A DNA stretch of 64,000 nucleotides from Octopus sinensis (taxonomy: Eukaryota), in assembly GCF_006345805.1 (NCBI RefSeq), contig NC_043018.1, positions 21,638,001 through 21,702,000 on the forward strand, read 5' to 3'. Below, piece after piece: positions 1 through 10,756 of the stretch. The position numbers and the translations under genes are program-made. Within the stretch, counting starts at the first letter, position 1. Each line of letters begins with the position of its first letter. Under the pieces are notes generated by a model. The model was not told where the DNA came from and did no database searches. It worked only from the letters and a program-made list of their open reading frames with translations.

Positions 1-60
1 TTTATTAATTTGTTATTATATGACGGAATGCACGCATCCATTTCTAAGTAAGTTTGTTCT

Positions 61-67
61 TAATATA

Positions 68-115
<48 letters not shown>

Positions 116-155
116 ATATTAGAGAGAGAGAGAGAGAGATGTATGTGTGTGTGTG

Positions 156-188
<33 letters not shown>

Positions 189-232
189 CATACATACAGA
201 TATCTATCATATTGATAGTTAGATAGATAGGG

Positions 233-287
<55 letters not shown>

Positions 288-295
288 CATGTGTG
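61..295. repeat. Compound (TA)n/(GA)n/(TG)n microsatellite
   Basis: Direct reading of dinucleotide runs. Confidence 0.95.
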
Positions 296-1009
296 TGATT
301 GTGTTTGTCATCCCTCCATCGCTTGACAACTATTGTTGATTTGTGTGTGTACCCTTAACTTAGCAAAGCAGACTGATGGCATAATTAACAGACTCAAAGA
401 GAGAGAAAAGGTATTGGGATTGATTTGTTTGACTAAACCCTTGAAGGCAGTGCCCCAGCATGGCCGCACACTTATTGCTGGAACAAGTGAAAGGAAAAAG
501 AAAACCACAGGAGAACATCAAAATACCGGCAGTGAATATGAACTCACAACTTGCAGATAAATGGTAGTAGGGGGCAGTGGAAATAGTAACCTAACCACCT
601 TGGACAAAGTGCCCCTATGCAGAAGACAGATGGCTGGAAACCTATTGACAACAAGGGGGTTAGTGTAGTACATGTCAAGGGGACACTTATAAAGACCTTA
701 CAGTTTATTGATCAGACGTTGATGGGAAGAAGAAGAGTGGACAGTATTCTTTCATTTCACACAAATATTTATTGATTTTCCTGTTGCAGCAGTTTAAACA
801 AAAATAAATAAAACAAAACAAGTAAAATAAAATAAAATAAAACAAGACAAATAAAAATTTTAAAAAAAAACTAACAAAATTCTAATCTTCCTTCTTTTAC
901 AAGAACTAATTATTCCATTTTCAATTTACTGGAAAACTTTCATTAACCAAACATTTTAAAAGCTATTCACTGAGACTATTATTATTATTATTATTATTAT
1001 CATCGTTAT

Positions 1010-1215
1010 TAAGGCAGCGAGCTGGTAGAATCATTAACACACTAGCCAAAATGATTAGCGGTATTTCAACTATATTTATGTTCTGAGTTCAAATTCTGCT
1101 TAGGTTGACTTTGCCTTTCATCCTTTTGGGGTTGATAAATTAAGGCACTGGCGTCGATGTAAACGACTTGTTCCCTCCCCCAAAATTTGAGGCCTTGTGC
1201 CTCCAGTAGAAGGGA
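1010..1215 (+). mobile_element. SINE family B (tRNA-like head, CORE-like body), alternative tail
   Basis: Head taaggcagcgagctggtagaatc, B-box-like gagttcaaattc, body gactttgcctttcatcctttt; preceded by (ATT)n. Homologous copies at 9080, 25179, 28089, 28343, 33755, 34015, 60480, 60693. Confidence 0.8.
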
Positions 1216-1418
1216 TAATAATAATAATAATTATTATTATTATTATTATTACTTCTGCCTTAGTGAAGGTGGAGGTATTGTTTTTAGTTGTGTTTGTTTG
1301 TTTGTCCACTGTTTGGCACCTTGAGCAAGTGTCTTCTACTATAGCCTCAGGCCAACAAAAGCCTTGTGAGTGGATTTAGTAGACAGAAGCTGAAAGACGC
1401 CCACCATGTATATATATC

Positions 1419-1724
1419 ATCGTGATCACCGTGACCAACCAGGCTATCAGATGTTGCTACACATCGCTGGTCACAATGTGCTTCGCATTGTTTTAGCCTT
1501 CAAATGACGCCACCCCGCTGGCTAAGCGAGCAGGCCAACAGAAGAAAGAGTGAGAGAAAGTTGTGGTGAAAGAGTACAGCAGGGATCGCCACCACCCCCT
1601 GCCGGAGCCTCGTGGAGCTTTAGGTGTTTTCGCTCAATAAACACTCACAACGCCTGGTCTGGGAATTGAAACCGCAATCCTACGACCGCGCGCTGCCCTA
1701 ACCACTGGGCCATTGCGCCTCCAC
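1419..1724 (-). mobile_element. SINE family C, tail type 1
   Basis: Minus-strand head gaggcgcaatggcccagtggttagggcagcg is tRNA-like; near-identical to 6921-7235. Confidence 0.85.
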
Positions 1725-1744
1725 ATGTATATATATATATATAA

Positions 1745-1945
1745 AATAAATCAAAAGAAAGAACAAACACAAAAAACAACAACACGAGGACGCGGCACAT
1801 GTAAAGTATTAGCAGATGCTTAGGGAAGGAAAGAAAGATGGTTTAACGTTTTGAGCAGATGCTCTTCTTCAGAAACAGAGGAAAGTCCAATAGAAAAGAA
1901 GATGGGGGAAGAAAATCGCCAACAATTCACATGTGGTTACATTTT

Positions 1946-1950
<5 letters not shown>
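1745..1950 (-). mobile_element. Penelope-like remnant carrying a hammerhead-like motif (1841-1876)
   Basis: Minus strand GTTT CTGAAGA A GAGC ATCT GCTC AAAAC GT T AAAC; flanks align with 17385-17572. Confidence 0.55.
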
Positions 1951-2012
<62 letters not shown>

Positions 2013-2808
2013 ACACCACCACTTGACAACCAATGTCGGTATGCTTATGTGCCCTAACTTGGCAGTTCAGCAAATGCAATCAATAGAATAAGTACCAGGC
2101 TTAAAAAAAAAAAATAAAGTACTGGGGTCAACTCATTTGACTAACAATTCTTGAAGGCACAATCTAATGATTGAAACAAATAAAAGATGGATATAAATGG
2201 TAATATTTATCCCCAATTTAAAAGTGGACATTGTGTCAGAACACAGAATACAGCCATAGTTATGACGAGAGAACCACTCATATTAGATCTGGGTGCACAA
2301 AAGCACTCTTGTTTATATTGTCAGCAGGGAGATAAGTCAGCTGACACAATAAACACTGAGACCACCAGATCACATGATTTTGCTCTTCCCTGGTTTTGGC
2401 AATGCTGGAGATAGCAGCGATGCATCTCTGCTAGCGATACACAGAATCACAGAGCCAGAATGGGTGTCGGTGTTATGAATAGCGAGTGGGCTTATTAAAG
2501 AAATTGTTTTCTAAAACAACACCTACTTTTAAGTGGGAACAAATATTAGCTTTTGGTATTAAAACTGCTTCTGTTGCTAGTAATTATAGATATAAATGTT
2601 CTTGGGAGTGGACAAGAAAATACATTAATGAGAGAAAAATAAGTTAAATATGTAGGAAGTATCTTTATTTTCTTTCCTTTATATAAAGACATAAAATGTC
2701 TGGTTTTTCAAAAGGAAACAATGGAATACTGCTTATCTCGTATCTTTTATGTTGTTGTTATGGTTGTCTAGTGCTGGGCAGTCAATCTTTGGCTCTTTTT
2801 TTTTAACT

Positions 2809-3185
2809 ATAGGCGCAGGAGTGGTTGTGTGGTAAGTATATTGCATACCAACCACATGGTTCCGGGTTCAGTCCCACTGCGTGGCACCTTGGGCAAGTGT
2901 CTTCTACTATAGCCTCGGGCTGACCGAAGCCTTGTGAGTGGATTTGGTAGACAGAAACTGAAAGAAGCCCGTCGTATAATATGTATATGTATGTATGTAT
3001 ATATGTGTGCGTGTATGTTTGTGTGTCTGTATTTGTCCCCGTCACTTAGCGGTTCAGCAAAAGAGACTGATAGAATAAGTACTGGGCTTACAAAGAATAA
3101 GTCCCGGAGTCGAGTTACTCGATTAAAGGCGGTGCTCCAGCATGGCCGCAGTCAAATGACTGAAACAAGTAAAAGAGTAAAAGAG
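2809..3185 (+). mobile_element. SINE family A, full length, with internal microsatellite
   Basis: tRNA-like head ataggcgcaggagtggttgtgtggtaagt...ggttccgggttcagtccc, internal (TA/TG)n, tail gaaacaagtaaaagagtaaaagag; more than 20 full or partial copies in the window. Confidence 0.88.
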
Positions 3186-3777
3186 ATAAATCATAATCAT
3201 CATCATTTAACATCTGTTCTCCATGCTGGCATGGGTTAGATGGTTTGATTGGGACTGGGTAAGCCAGAGAGCTGCACCAGGCTCCAGTTGTTTGTTTGTT
3301 TTGCCGTGGTTTCTTTGGCCGGATGCTCATCTTTATGCCAACCCCTTTACAGAGTGTACAGGGTGTTTTTTTCATGTGACACCAGCCACAACAATAATTT
3401 CGCATATCTTGACATGTCTTCTCAAGCACAGCCAATCGCCAAAGATCTCAATCACTTGTCAAGATACAAAATTTCCTTGACATCAAATGTTTAACGATCA
3501 TTTCATTCTTCCATATGCTTCCAGGTGCCATTTGATGTCAGACTGTTTACAACTATAAATCATGTTCCATTTAACAGCTACACAAAGCTAATCTTTTAGT
3601 ATTTGGCACTGTAAACAGCCTACTTAATCCTAGAATCATATTTCAACAATGTCTGGACACTTGTAAACTAATTCCTCACTCCAACAGACATGTCTCCTCA
3701 CAGCCTTTTCACCAACAGTTGGCTAATCTAATCTATGCCATCTGCATAGAAGCACTCCCTACACGCTCATCTTGCCT

Positions 3778-4045
3778 CTTCATCATCATCATCATCGTTT
3801 AACGTCCGCTTTCCATGCTAGCATGGGTTGGACGGTTCAACTGGGGTCTGTGAAGCCAGAAGGCTGCATCAGGCCCAGTCTGATCTAGCAGTGTTTCTAC
3901 GGCTGGATGCCCTTCCTAACGCCAACCACTCCGTGAGTGTAGTGGGTGCTTTCTACGTGCCACCCGTACAGGTGCCAGACGGAGCTGGCAAACGGCCACG
4001 GACGGATGGTGCTTTTTACGCGCCACCGGCACAGGGGCCAGTGAC
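3778..4045 (-). mobile_element. SINE-like family D ((ATG)n tail, internal 62-63 bp repeat unit)
   Basis: Minus-strand end ...gcatggaaagcggacgttaaacgatgatgatg and motif ttggcgttaggaagggcatccagccgtag; homologous to 12735, 16098, 26385, 31940, 47510, 63160. Confidence 0.82.
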
Positions 4046-4376
4046 TAAAATTTTCTCCTCCTGCTTTGACTGAACCACAAAAAAATAAGACATAACACAA
4101 AGAACACAGAAATTTTCTTCTCAACAGAAATATTTATCTTAAGAATCCTTATGTGTTAAAAACCAATTTTATCTGTAAAGAAGATAGGTGTATGAATATG
4201 GACGGCAGTTGTTTGGGATCCAACTAATAAGCTACATCAGGTCAGTAGGCCCATCTAAGGGATTCTGTTGGATAAGGTCGGGAAAAGCTGTGAGAAGATG
4301 CAGTCAGCTTTAGAATAATGTGGCAAGTTGTAGGAAGTAATGACCAACTAAAGAGATGACAAGCTGAGAGAAGACG

Positions 4377-4460
4377 ATGACAAACTATGGAAGGTACAAC
4401 CAGTTACTAAGACAAATGACAAACTATGGAAGGTACAACCAGTTACTAAAACAAATGACA
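4377..4460. repeat. 39-bp tandem duplication (about 2.2 copies)
   Basis: caaactatggaaggtacaaccagttactaa recurs at 4381 and 4420. Confidence 0.85.
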
Positions 4461-5261
4461 AAGCTATACAAGGATGCAGCAAAATATGGAAGGACATAAG
4501 CCACGGAAGAATGTGACATGCTATGGAAGAATGCGATATACCATAGAAGAATGCTACAGAACATGGAAGAACAACAGATGATGTGAAAGAATGCAACATG
4601 AACAGGAAAAATGCAACACGTGGTGGGAGACAAGGAGCTCTGGGAGACAAGGAGCTGTGGAAGATTTAAGAAACTTTAAATTATTTTCAAGTTTCACTGA
4701 AACAATTTTCTCTATCTACTGCTATGTGATAAAAGAAGTCTGCTGCTGTGCGATGCAATGTGTGATAAAAGAAATTATAAATCCACACACCTATCTGTAA
4801 CTAAACTCAATGTACTGCATTCCACACCCATCTCATACACACCTACATACACAAACAAATATTTCAAAAGTAAATTGGTACCCTTCTTTTCCACAATTTT
4901 ATTTGTGCAGACACTGTTTGTTAGTACGATGCTCAAACAGGTCAAATCATTAAAAACCGCCTCAAGGCATGTCCTCCTAAATACTAGATGAACTATTTAA
5001 ATGCATCGAATGATGCATTTGTGTCTAGAAATAAAATAACATTAAAAAATGATGGTGTCTATTCATTTGTGAGATGTGTATGCGTATGCTTTATTTATGG
5101 ATTAAAGCAAGGCAACCAATGGTTTCATGTGGTAAAGATCTCCACAATTTTCAAGCAATCCTCTTGGGAGTGATAGTAATCTCCATTTAAATAAATATTT
5201 ATCCAAAATGTAGTGTTGAGCATTTATTTTCACTGTTTGATACAAGCGCATATATATATAT

Positions 5262-5692
5262 ATGGGTGCAGGCATGGCTGTGTGGTAAGAAGCTTGCTTC
5301 CTAACCCCCATGGTTTTGGCTTTAGCCCCACTGTGTGGCACCTTGGACAAGTGTCTTCTACTATAGCTTCAGGTTGACCAAATCCTTGTAAATGGATTTC
5401 GTAGACAGAAACTGAAAGGAGCCCATTGTATATATACATATATATGTATGTGCATGTGTATGTATGTGCACTTGCGTCTGTATTTGTCCCTCACTACTGC
5501 TTGACAACCCCAGTGTTGGTATGTTTACGTCCTCGTGACTTAGCAGTTCAGCAAAAGAGATTGACAGAATAAGTACCAGGCTTTAAAAAAAAAGTACTGG
5601 AGTGGGGGGATCAATTCATTCAACTAAAAATTCTTGAAGGTGGTGTCCCAGTATGGCTGCAGTCCAATGACTGAAACAAGAAAAATATAAAA
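5262..5692 (+). mobile_element. SINE family A, diverged full-length copy
   Basis: Same head, body and tail order as 2809-3185. Confidence 0.8.
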
Positions 5693-5904
5693 GATATATG
5701 TATATATATATATAAATCCTTAAAAATTTTTAGCCCAAAGGTTGCGGCCATGCTGGGGCACCACCGCTGATATGTACATATACATAATCTGGAAAAATGT
5801 ATACTATTACTACTGCATGGCACAGGGTGAAATCTGAAGGTGGACAAGCTTTATACTGTACTCTACTATGTTCTTAACAGAATATACCAAAACTATATAT
5901 ATAT

Positions 5905-5950
<46 letters not shown>

Positions 5951-6072
5951 TGCCATACTTAAATACTCTGAAGAGATTGCACTAATAATGCATAAATTGC
6001 TGCACATAAATAAGCAACAATATGCAATTGGTGCAATTGAAACACATGCCAGACAATTATTATGAAGAAACT

Positions 6073-6438
6073 GTGGAGGCGCAATGGCCCAGTGGTTAGG
6101 GCAGCGGACTCGCGGTTTCGATTCCCAGACCGGACGTTGTGAGTGTTTACTGAGCGAAATCACATAAAACCCCACGAGGCTCCGGCAGGGGGTAGTGGTG
6201 ACCCCTGCTGTACTCTTTCACCACAACTTTCTCTCACTCTTACTTCCTGTTTCTGTTGTACCTGTATTTCAAAAGGCCGGCCTTGTCACTCTCTTGTGTC
6301 ACGCTGAATATCCCCGAGAACTACGTTAAGGGCACACGTGCCTGTGGAGTGCTCAACCACTTACACGTTAATTTAACGAGCAGGCTGTTCCGTTGATCGG
6401 ATCAACTGGAACCCTCGTCGTCGTAACCGACAGAGTGC
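6073..6438 (+). mobile_element. SINE family C, tail type 2
   Basis: Same head and body as 1419-1724 up to ...ttctctcactctt, then an unrelated 3' part ending gtcgtcgtaaccgacagagtgc. Confidence 0.8.
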
Positions 6439-6515
6439 TTCCATCATGAAGAAACTAACTAGAAATAAACAAAATTTGAATGTTCAAATTCTTCATTCTC
6501 CTTATAATCAATACA

Positions 6516-6554
<39 letters not shown>

Positions 6555-6784
6555 AATCCTTAAATCCTTAAAAGTGTTTCAGCCTGAAAGCTGTGGCCCT
6601 GCTGGGGCACCACCGTTGACTGTGCTACACTCGTATGTGAAACCACCTCCGATACGTGGTACTTGGTCAAGAAGGGAGTTCGACGTCACTGCCAGCATCT
6701 GTGTTTCCTGCCGAGAGGTAAGTTCATCTGGAACCCCTGACAGGAAGAGATTGTGTTTAGTTTTAAAGAAACCTACATCCATAT

Positions 6785-6900
6785 ATCACCTTGATCGACC
6801 AGTCCGTCAGGCGTCAATTTGACACCACTGGTCACAGCACGCTGTCCACTCCTCTCTGGATCGCGCCTTTCTCATTATATGGATGAACAGCACGAAGAAC
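6785..6900 (-). mobile_element. 3' terminal fragment of an RTE-like LINE
   Basis: Minus frame 6875-6807 reads MRKARSREEWTACCDQWCQIDA*, resembling RTE ORF C-termini; its 3' UTR matches the family C tail type 1. Confidence 0.5.
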
Positions 6901-6920
6901 ATCCATATATATATATATAT

Positions 6921-7235
6921 ATCACTGTGATCACCGTGACTGACCAGGCTATCAGATGTTGTTACACATCGCTGGTCACAATGCGCTTCGCATTGTTTCA
7001 GCTTTCAAATGATGCCACCCTGCTGGCTAAGCGAGCAGGCCAACAGAAGAAAGAGTGAGAGAAAGTTGTGGCGAAAGAGTACAGCAGGGATCGCCACCAC
7101 TCCCTGCCGAAGCCTCGTGGAGCTTTTTAGGTGTTTTCGCTCAATAAACACACACAACACCCGGTCTGGGAATCGAAACCGCGATCCTACGACCGCGAGT
7201 CCGCTGCCCTAACCACTGGGCCATTGCGCCTCCAC
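6921..7235 (-). mobile_element. SINE family C, tail type 1, full length
   Basis: tRNA-like head ends at 7235 on minus; high identity to 1419-1724. Confidence 0.87.
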
Positions 7236-7269
7236 ACATATATATATATGTGATATATTGTTAGCCACT

Positions 7270-7432
7270 ACACACATTTTTTTCTCTCCTTGTTTTTTTC
7301 TGTGTACCTTTCTGTAGAAGAGCGTAGACTCGAAACGTAAAACACTTTTTCTATTCTGAGCGTTATACTAATACATCTGTTTGTTTTGTACACCACCTGT
7401 CTTTGTCTTTTGTTTTTTTCATAAACTCTCCT
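7270..7432 (+). mobile_element. Penelope-like remnant with hammerhead-like motif (7309-7342)
   Basis: TTT CTGTAGA A GAG CGTAGA CTC GAAAC GT A AAA; downstream flank aligns with the reverse complement of 10066-10195; ends in (TA)n. Confidence 0.55.
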
Positions 7433-7974
7433 TATATATATATATATATATTGCTTAGGCATGGTGATATTAATAACCTGGTGGGTAGAATTCAACATAC
7501 CTATGCCTCAGAAAAAAAAACATCAGTCAAATATAGAGCATACTTAATTTCTGTTCCTTTGTCCTTCATTTAATTTATATGAATAAAAATGTTCTTGGGA
7601 GTGTACAAAGTATATTAATAGTACAAAAACTAAGTTGTAAGTATAGGAGGAAGCTTTTCTTTTGTTTATATACAGAAGTAAAATGTCTGGTTTTCCCCAA
7701 GGAAACAATAGAATATTACTTATCTTGCATTTTAATTTTGTTGTTGTTGTTATTGCCTGATGTTAGAGAGTTAACCTTTGACTCTTTTTATAACGATGTA
7801 TGAATGTATATATACATGTATGTATATATATACATGTATATATATATCAATAATAAAGGGTGAAATTAATTAATTTAGAAATAATCATTAATTTCACCAA
7901 GTAGAGTTCGGCATGTAAAAGCCCCATTCAAGGAAGGTTTAAGTAATACTGAGTAATTAAACCCTTAATTACTC

Positions 7975-8021
<47 letters not shown>

Positions 8022-8400
8022 CATGTATATATACATGTTGGTTTCTTTGTCCTGTTTTTATTCTTTACGTGTACTGTATTTTTTTGTATTTGTATTTTTA
8101 TTTTGTATTTGTATTTTTATTTGTATTGCTTTTACGTCCTGTTCTTGTCCCATTTTTTTCTTTCCTTGTTTTTACCCTTCTGCAAAAGAATTTTATTTAA
8201 TTCTTTTGCAGGAAGGACTGATTCGACGGGTCGTGTTCTGTCCTTACCTTCGAAACACGCATGGAGTCGAACCAGGGACAGCTGATGAAGGGGAATATTC
8301 CTTGTATTGTTTGTCTTGTGCTCTGTTTTTCCAATGTTTAAAAAAAGTCCGTTTCCATGTTTGTTTTTATGTTTTCGTTTCCCGTTGAGTTCTACATCTA

Positions 8401-8538
8401 TTTGTCTACCAAATCCACTCACAAGCTTTGGTCGGCCCGAGGCTATAGTAGAAAACACTTGCCCAAGGTGCCACGCAGTGGGACTGAACCCGGAACCATG
8501 TGGTTGGTAAGCAAGCTACTTACCACACAGCCACTCCT
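8401..8538 (-). mobile_element. SINE family A, 5' half
   Basis: Reverse complement of the family A head; abuts the LINE fragment at 8539. Confidence 0.85.
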
Positions 8539-10030
8539 GTTGAGTTTCTGTATGCAGATGACTGTGACCTGTTGGCACATTCTCAGAAAGATATGCAGCA
8601 CATAGTGAATGCAATTTCTGCAGCATGCGCAGAATTGGGTCTAACAATCAATCTAAAAAGAAAAACTGTTATAATATACCAGCCCGCTTCCTCCAAGATG
8701 TATGTGGAACCTTTTATAACTGTGAATGGTCAAAGGTTGGAGACTGTACCTAGATTTATTTATTTAGGAAGTACCTTGAGCACTGCTGGTCTTGATGATG
8801 AAATTTTGTATAGAATCAGCATGGCTGGTAGTGCTTTTGGTAGGCTTGATAGGCGTCAGTGGAAACAACATAATATAACTTCACAAATTAAAATTAAGGT
8901 ATATAACACATGCGTCCTCCTATCTTTGCTCTATGGAAGTGAGGCACGGGTTGTTTACCATAGGCAGGTAAGGCAATTGGAACGATTTCATCAATACTGT
9001 CTGAGAAAAATTTTAGGGATAAACAGGAAAATGGCCAATAGTAATGTGGAGGTAATTGAGAGGAGTGGCAGTAGAAGTATAAGGTGGCAAGTTGGCAGAA
9101 TCGTTAGCACGCCGGGCGAAATGCTTTGTGGTATTTCGTCCACCGCTGCGTTCTGAGTTCAAATTTCGCAGAGGTCGACTTTGCCTTTCATCCTTTCGGG
9201 GTTGATAAATTCGGCACCAGTTACGCACTGGGGTCGATGTAATCGACTTAATCCGTTCGTCTGTCCTTGTTTGTCCCCTCTGTGTTTAGCCCCTTGTGGG
9301 TAGTAAAGAAATAGGCAGTAGAAGTAGTAGAAGTATAGAGTCAATGATTTTGCAAAGATGTTTGGGGGGGGGGCATTTGGTAATGATGAGTGACTGCCCA
9401 AGCAGCTATTGTATGGTGAGCTGGAAGATGGCAGGAGACCAGTGCATATGCCTAAACTAAGGTTTAAGGATTGCCTTAAAAATGCTCAAATACAGACAGG
9501 AATTGCAGCTGGTAATTGGGAGAGGGGGGGGCACAAGACCGTGATGGATGGAGAAAGATAGTGCATGATGGTTGTTCAAGGTTTGAGAGGGAGAGAGTGA
9601 AGTATGAGAGAATTAGGAGGGGGGCTTAGAAGGGGGTGAACCTGTGGAAAGTGAGAGAGTGTTGCTTTTTATGTGTGTGGTTTGTGGGCGGAGGTGTTTG
9701 AGTCGTGCAGGCCTGGTGAGCCGTCAAAATTCTCATAGAAATTGACCCATGATAAACAATGAGGTGGCTATTGAAATTCATAACAGAAAGCGTGTAAAAT
9801 GTGGAAGGGTGTGCCTCTCAGTTGGAGGTCTAAAAAGACATGTTAAGGGAGTGCATATGGTGGCACCTGTTTCTCCTGCCAGCCAGCACAGTTGTTTAGT
9901 ATGTAATAAAATGTGTAAAAGCTTGGCTGGGCTGAAAAGTCATATTAGGGTATCACATGGCAACAATATATGAATCATTTCAGTAAGTCTTTTTGGCAAT
10001 GGCTCTTCTCGAGTAATGAGGATGCAGCTG
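8539..10030 (+). pseudogene. 5'-truncated RTE/BovB-like LINE: RT C-terminal half plus C-terminal zinc fingers, interrupted by a SINE
   Basis: LYADDCDL RT motif, then YLGS, RISMAGSAFGRL, LLYGSE and LERFHQYCLRKILGI. After the SINE it resumes with QLLYGELEDGRRP..PKLRFKDCLK and three CxxC..H..H-like motifs at 9674-9960. Confidence 0.9.
9080..9313 (+). mobile_element. SINE family B, full length, 13-bp TSD
   Basis: ggcagtagaagta duplicated at 9067-9079 and 9314-9326; the LINE reading continues across the insertion. Confidence 0.92.
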
Positions 10031-10065
10031 TGTGATGTGTGTATATATATATATATAACGGGAAG

Positions 10066-10195
10066 CTTTATGAAAATAGACAAAAGACGAAGGCAGGTGG
10101 AAAACAAACAAACAATTGTATTAGTATGGCGCTCAGGAAATATAAATAAAACAAGTCTTTAACGTTTCGAGCCTACGCTCTTCAACAGAAAGATA
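10066..10195 (-). mobile_element. Penelope-like remnant with hammerhead-like motif (10156-10193)
   Basis: Minus strand TCTTT CTGTTGA A GAGC GTAG GCTC GAAAC GT T AAAGA. Confidence 0.58.
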
Positions 10196-10212
10196 TATAT
10201 ATATATATATTA

Positions 10213-10269
<57 letters not shown>

Positions 10270-10413
10270 TATATATATATATATATGCGTGTGTATATAT
10301 GTGTGTGTGTGTGTATACATATATATATATGTATATATATATATATGTATGTATATGTGTATATATATATATACATATATATACGTATATATATATATAT
10401 ACATATATATATT

Positions 10414-10447
<34 letters not shown>

Positions 10448-10756
10448 CATATATATACGTATATATATATTTGTATATGTGTATATATATACATATATAT
10501 ATATATATACATATATATACGTATATATATATTTGTATATGTGTATATATATACATATATATAATATATATATATATATATACATATATATATACGTATA
10601 TATATATTTGTATATGTGTATATATATACATATATTTGTATATGTGTATATATACATATATATATATTTGTATATGTGTATATATATATACATATATATA
10701 TATTTGTATATGTGTATATATATATACATATGTATATGTGTATATATATATATATA
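10195..10756. repeat. Long degenerate (TA)n tract with recurring tttgtatatgtg interruptions
   Basis: Direct reading; it explains the overlapping YIYIY ORFs. Confidence 0.95.

Noticed and set aside
2809-2885. tRNA genes at SINE heads (also the B-box-like GGTTCGATCCC on minus near 50250-50305)
   Set aside because: A/B-box-like motifs are present but no complete cloverleaf, and the SINE heads continue into SINE bodies.
6610-6725. YLVKKGVRR (RT-like GVRQG) with a strong GAG|GTAAGT donor
   Set aside because: The flanking residues do not fit an RT motif and no acceptor was found; too weak to call either an exon or a LINE.
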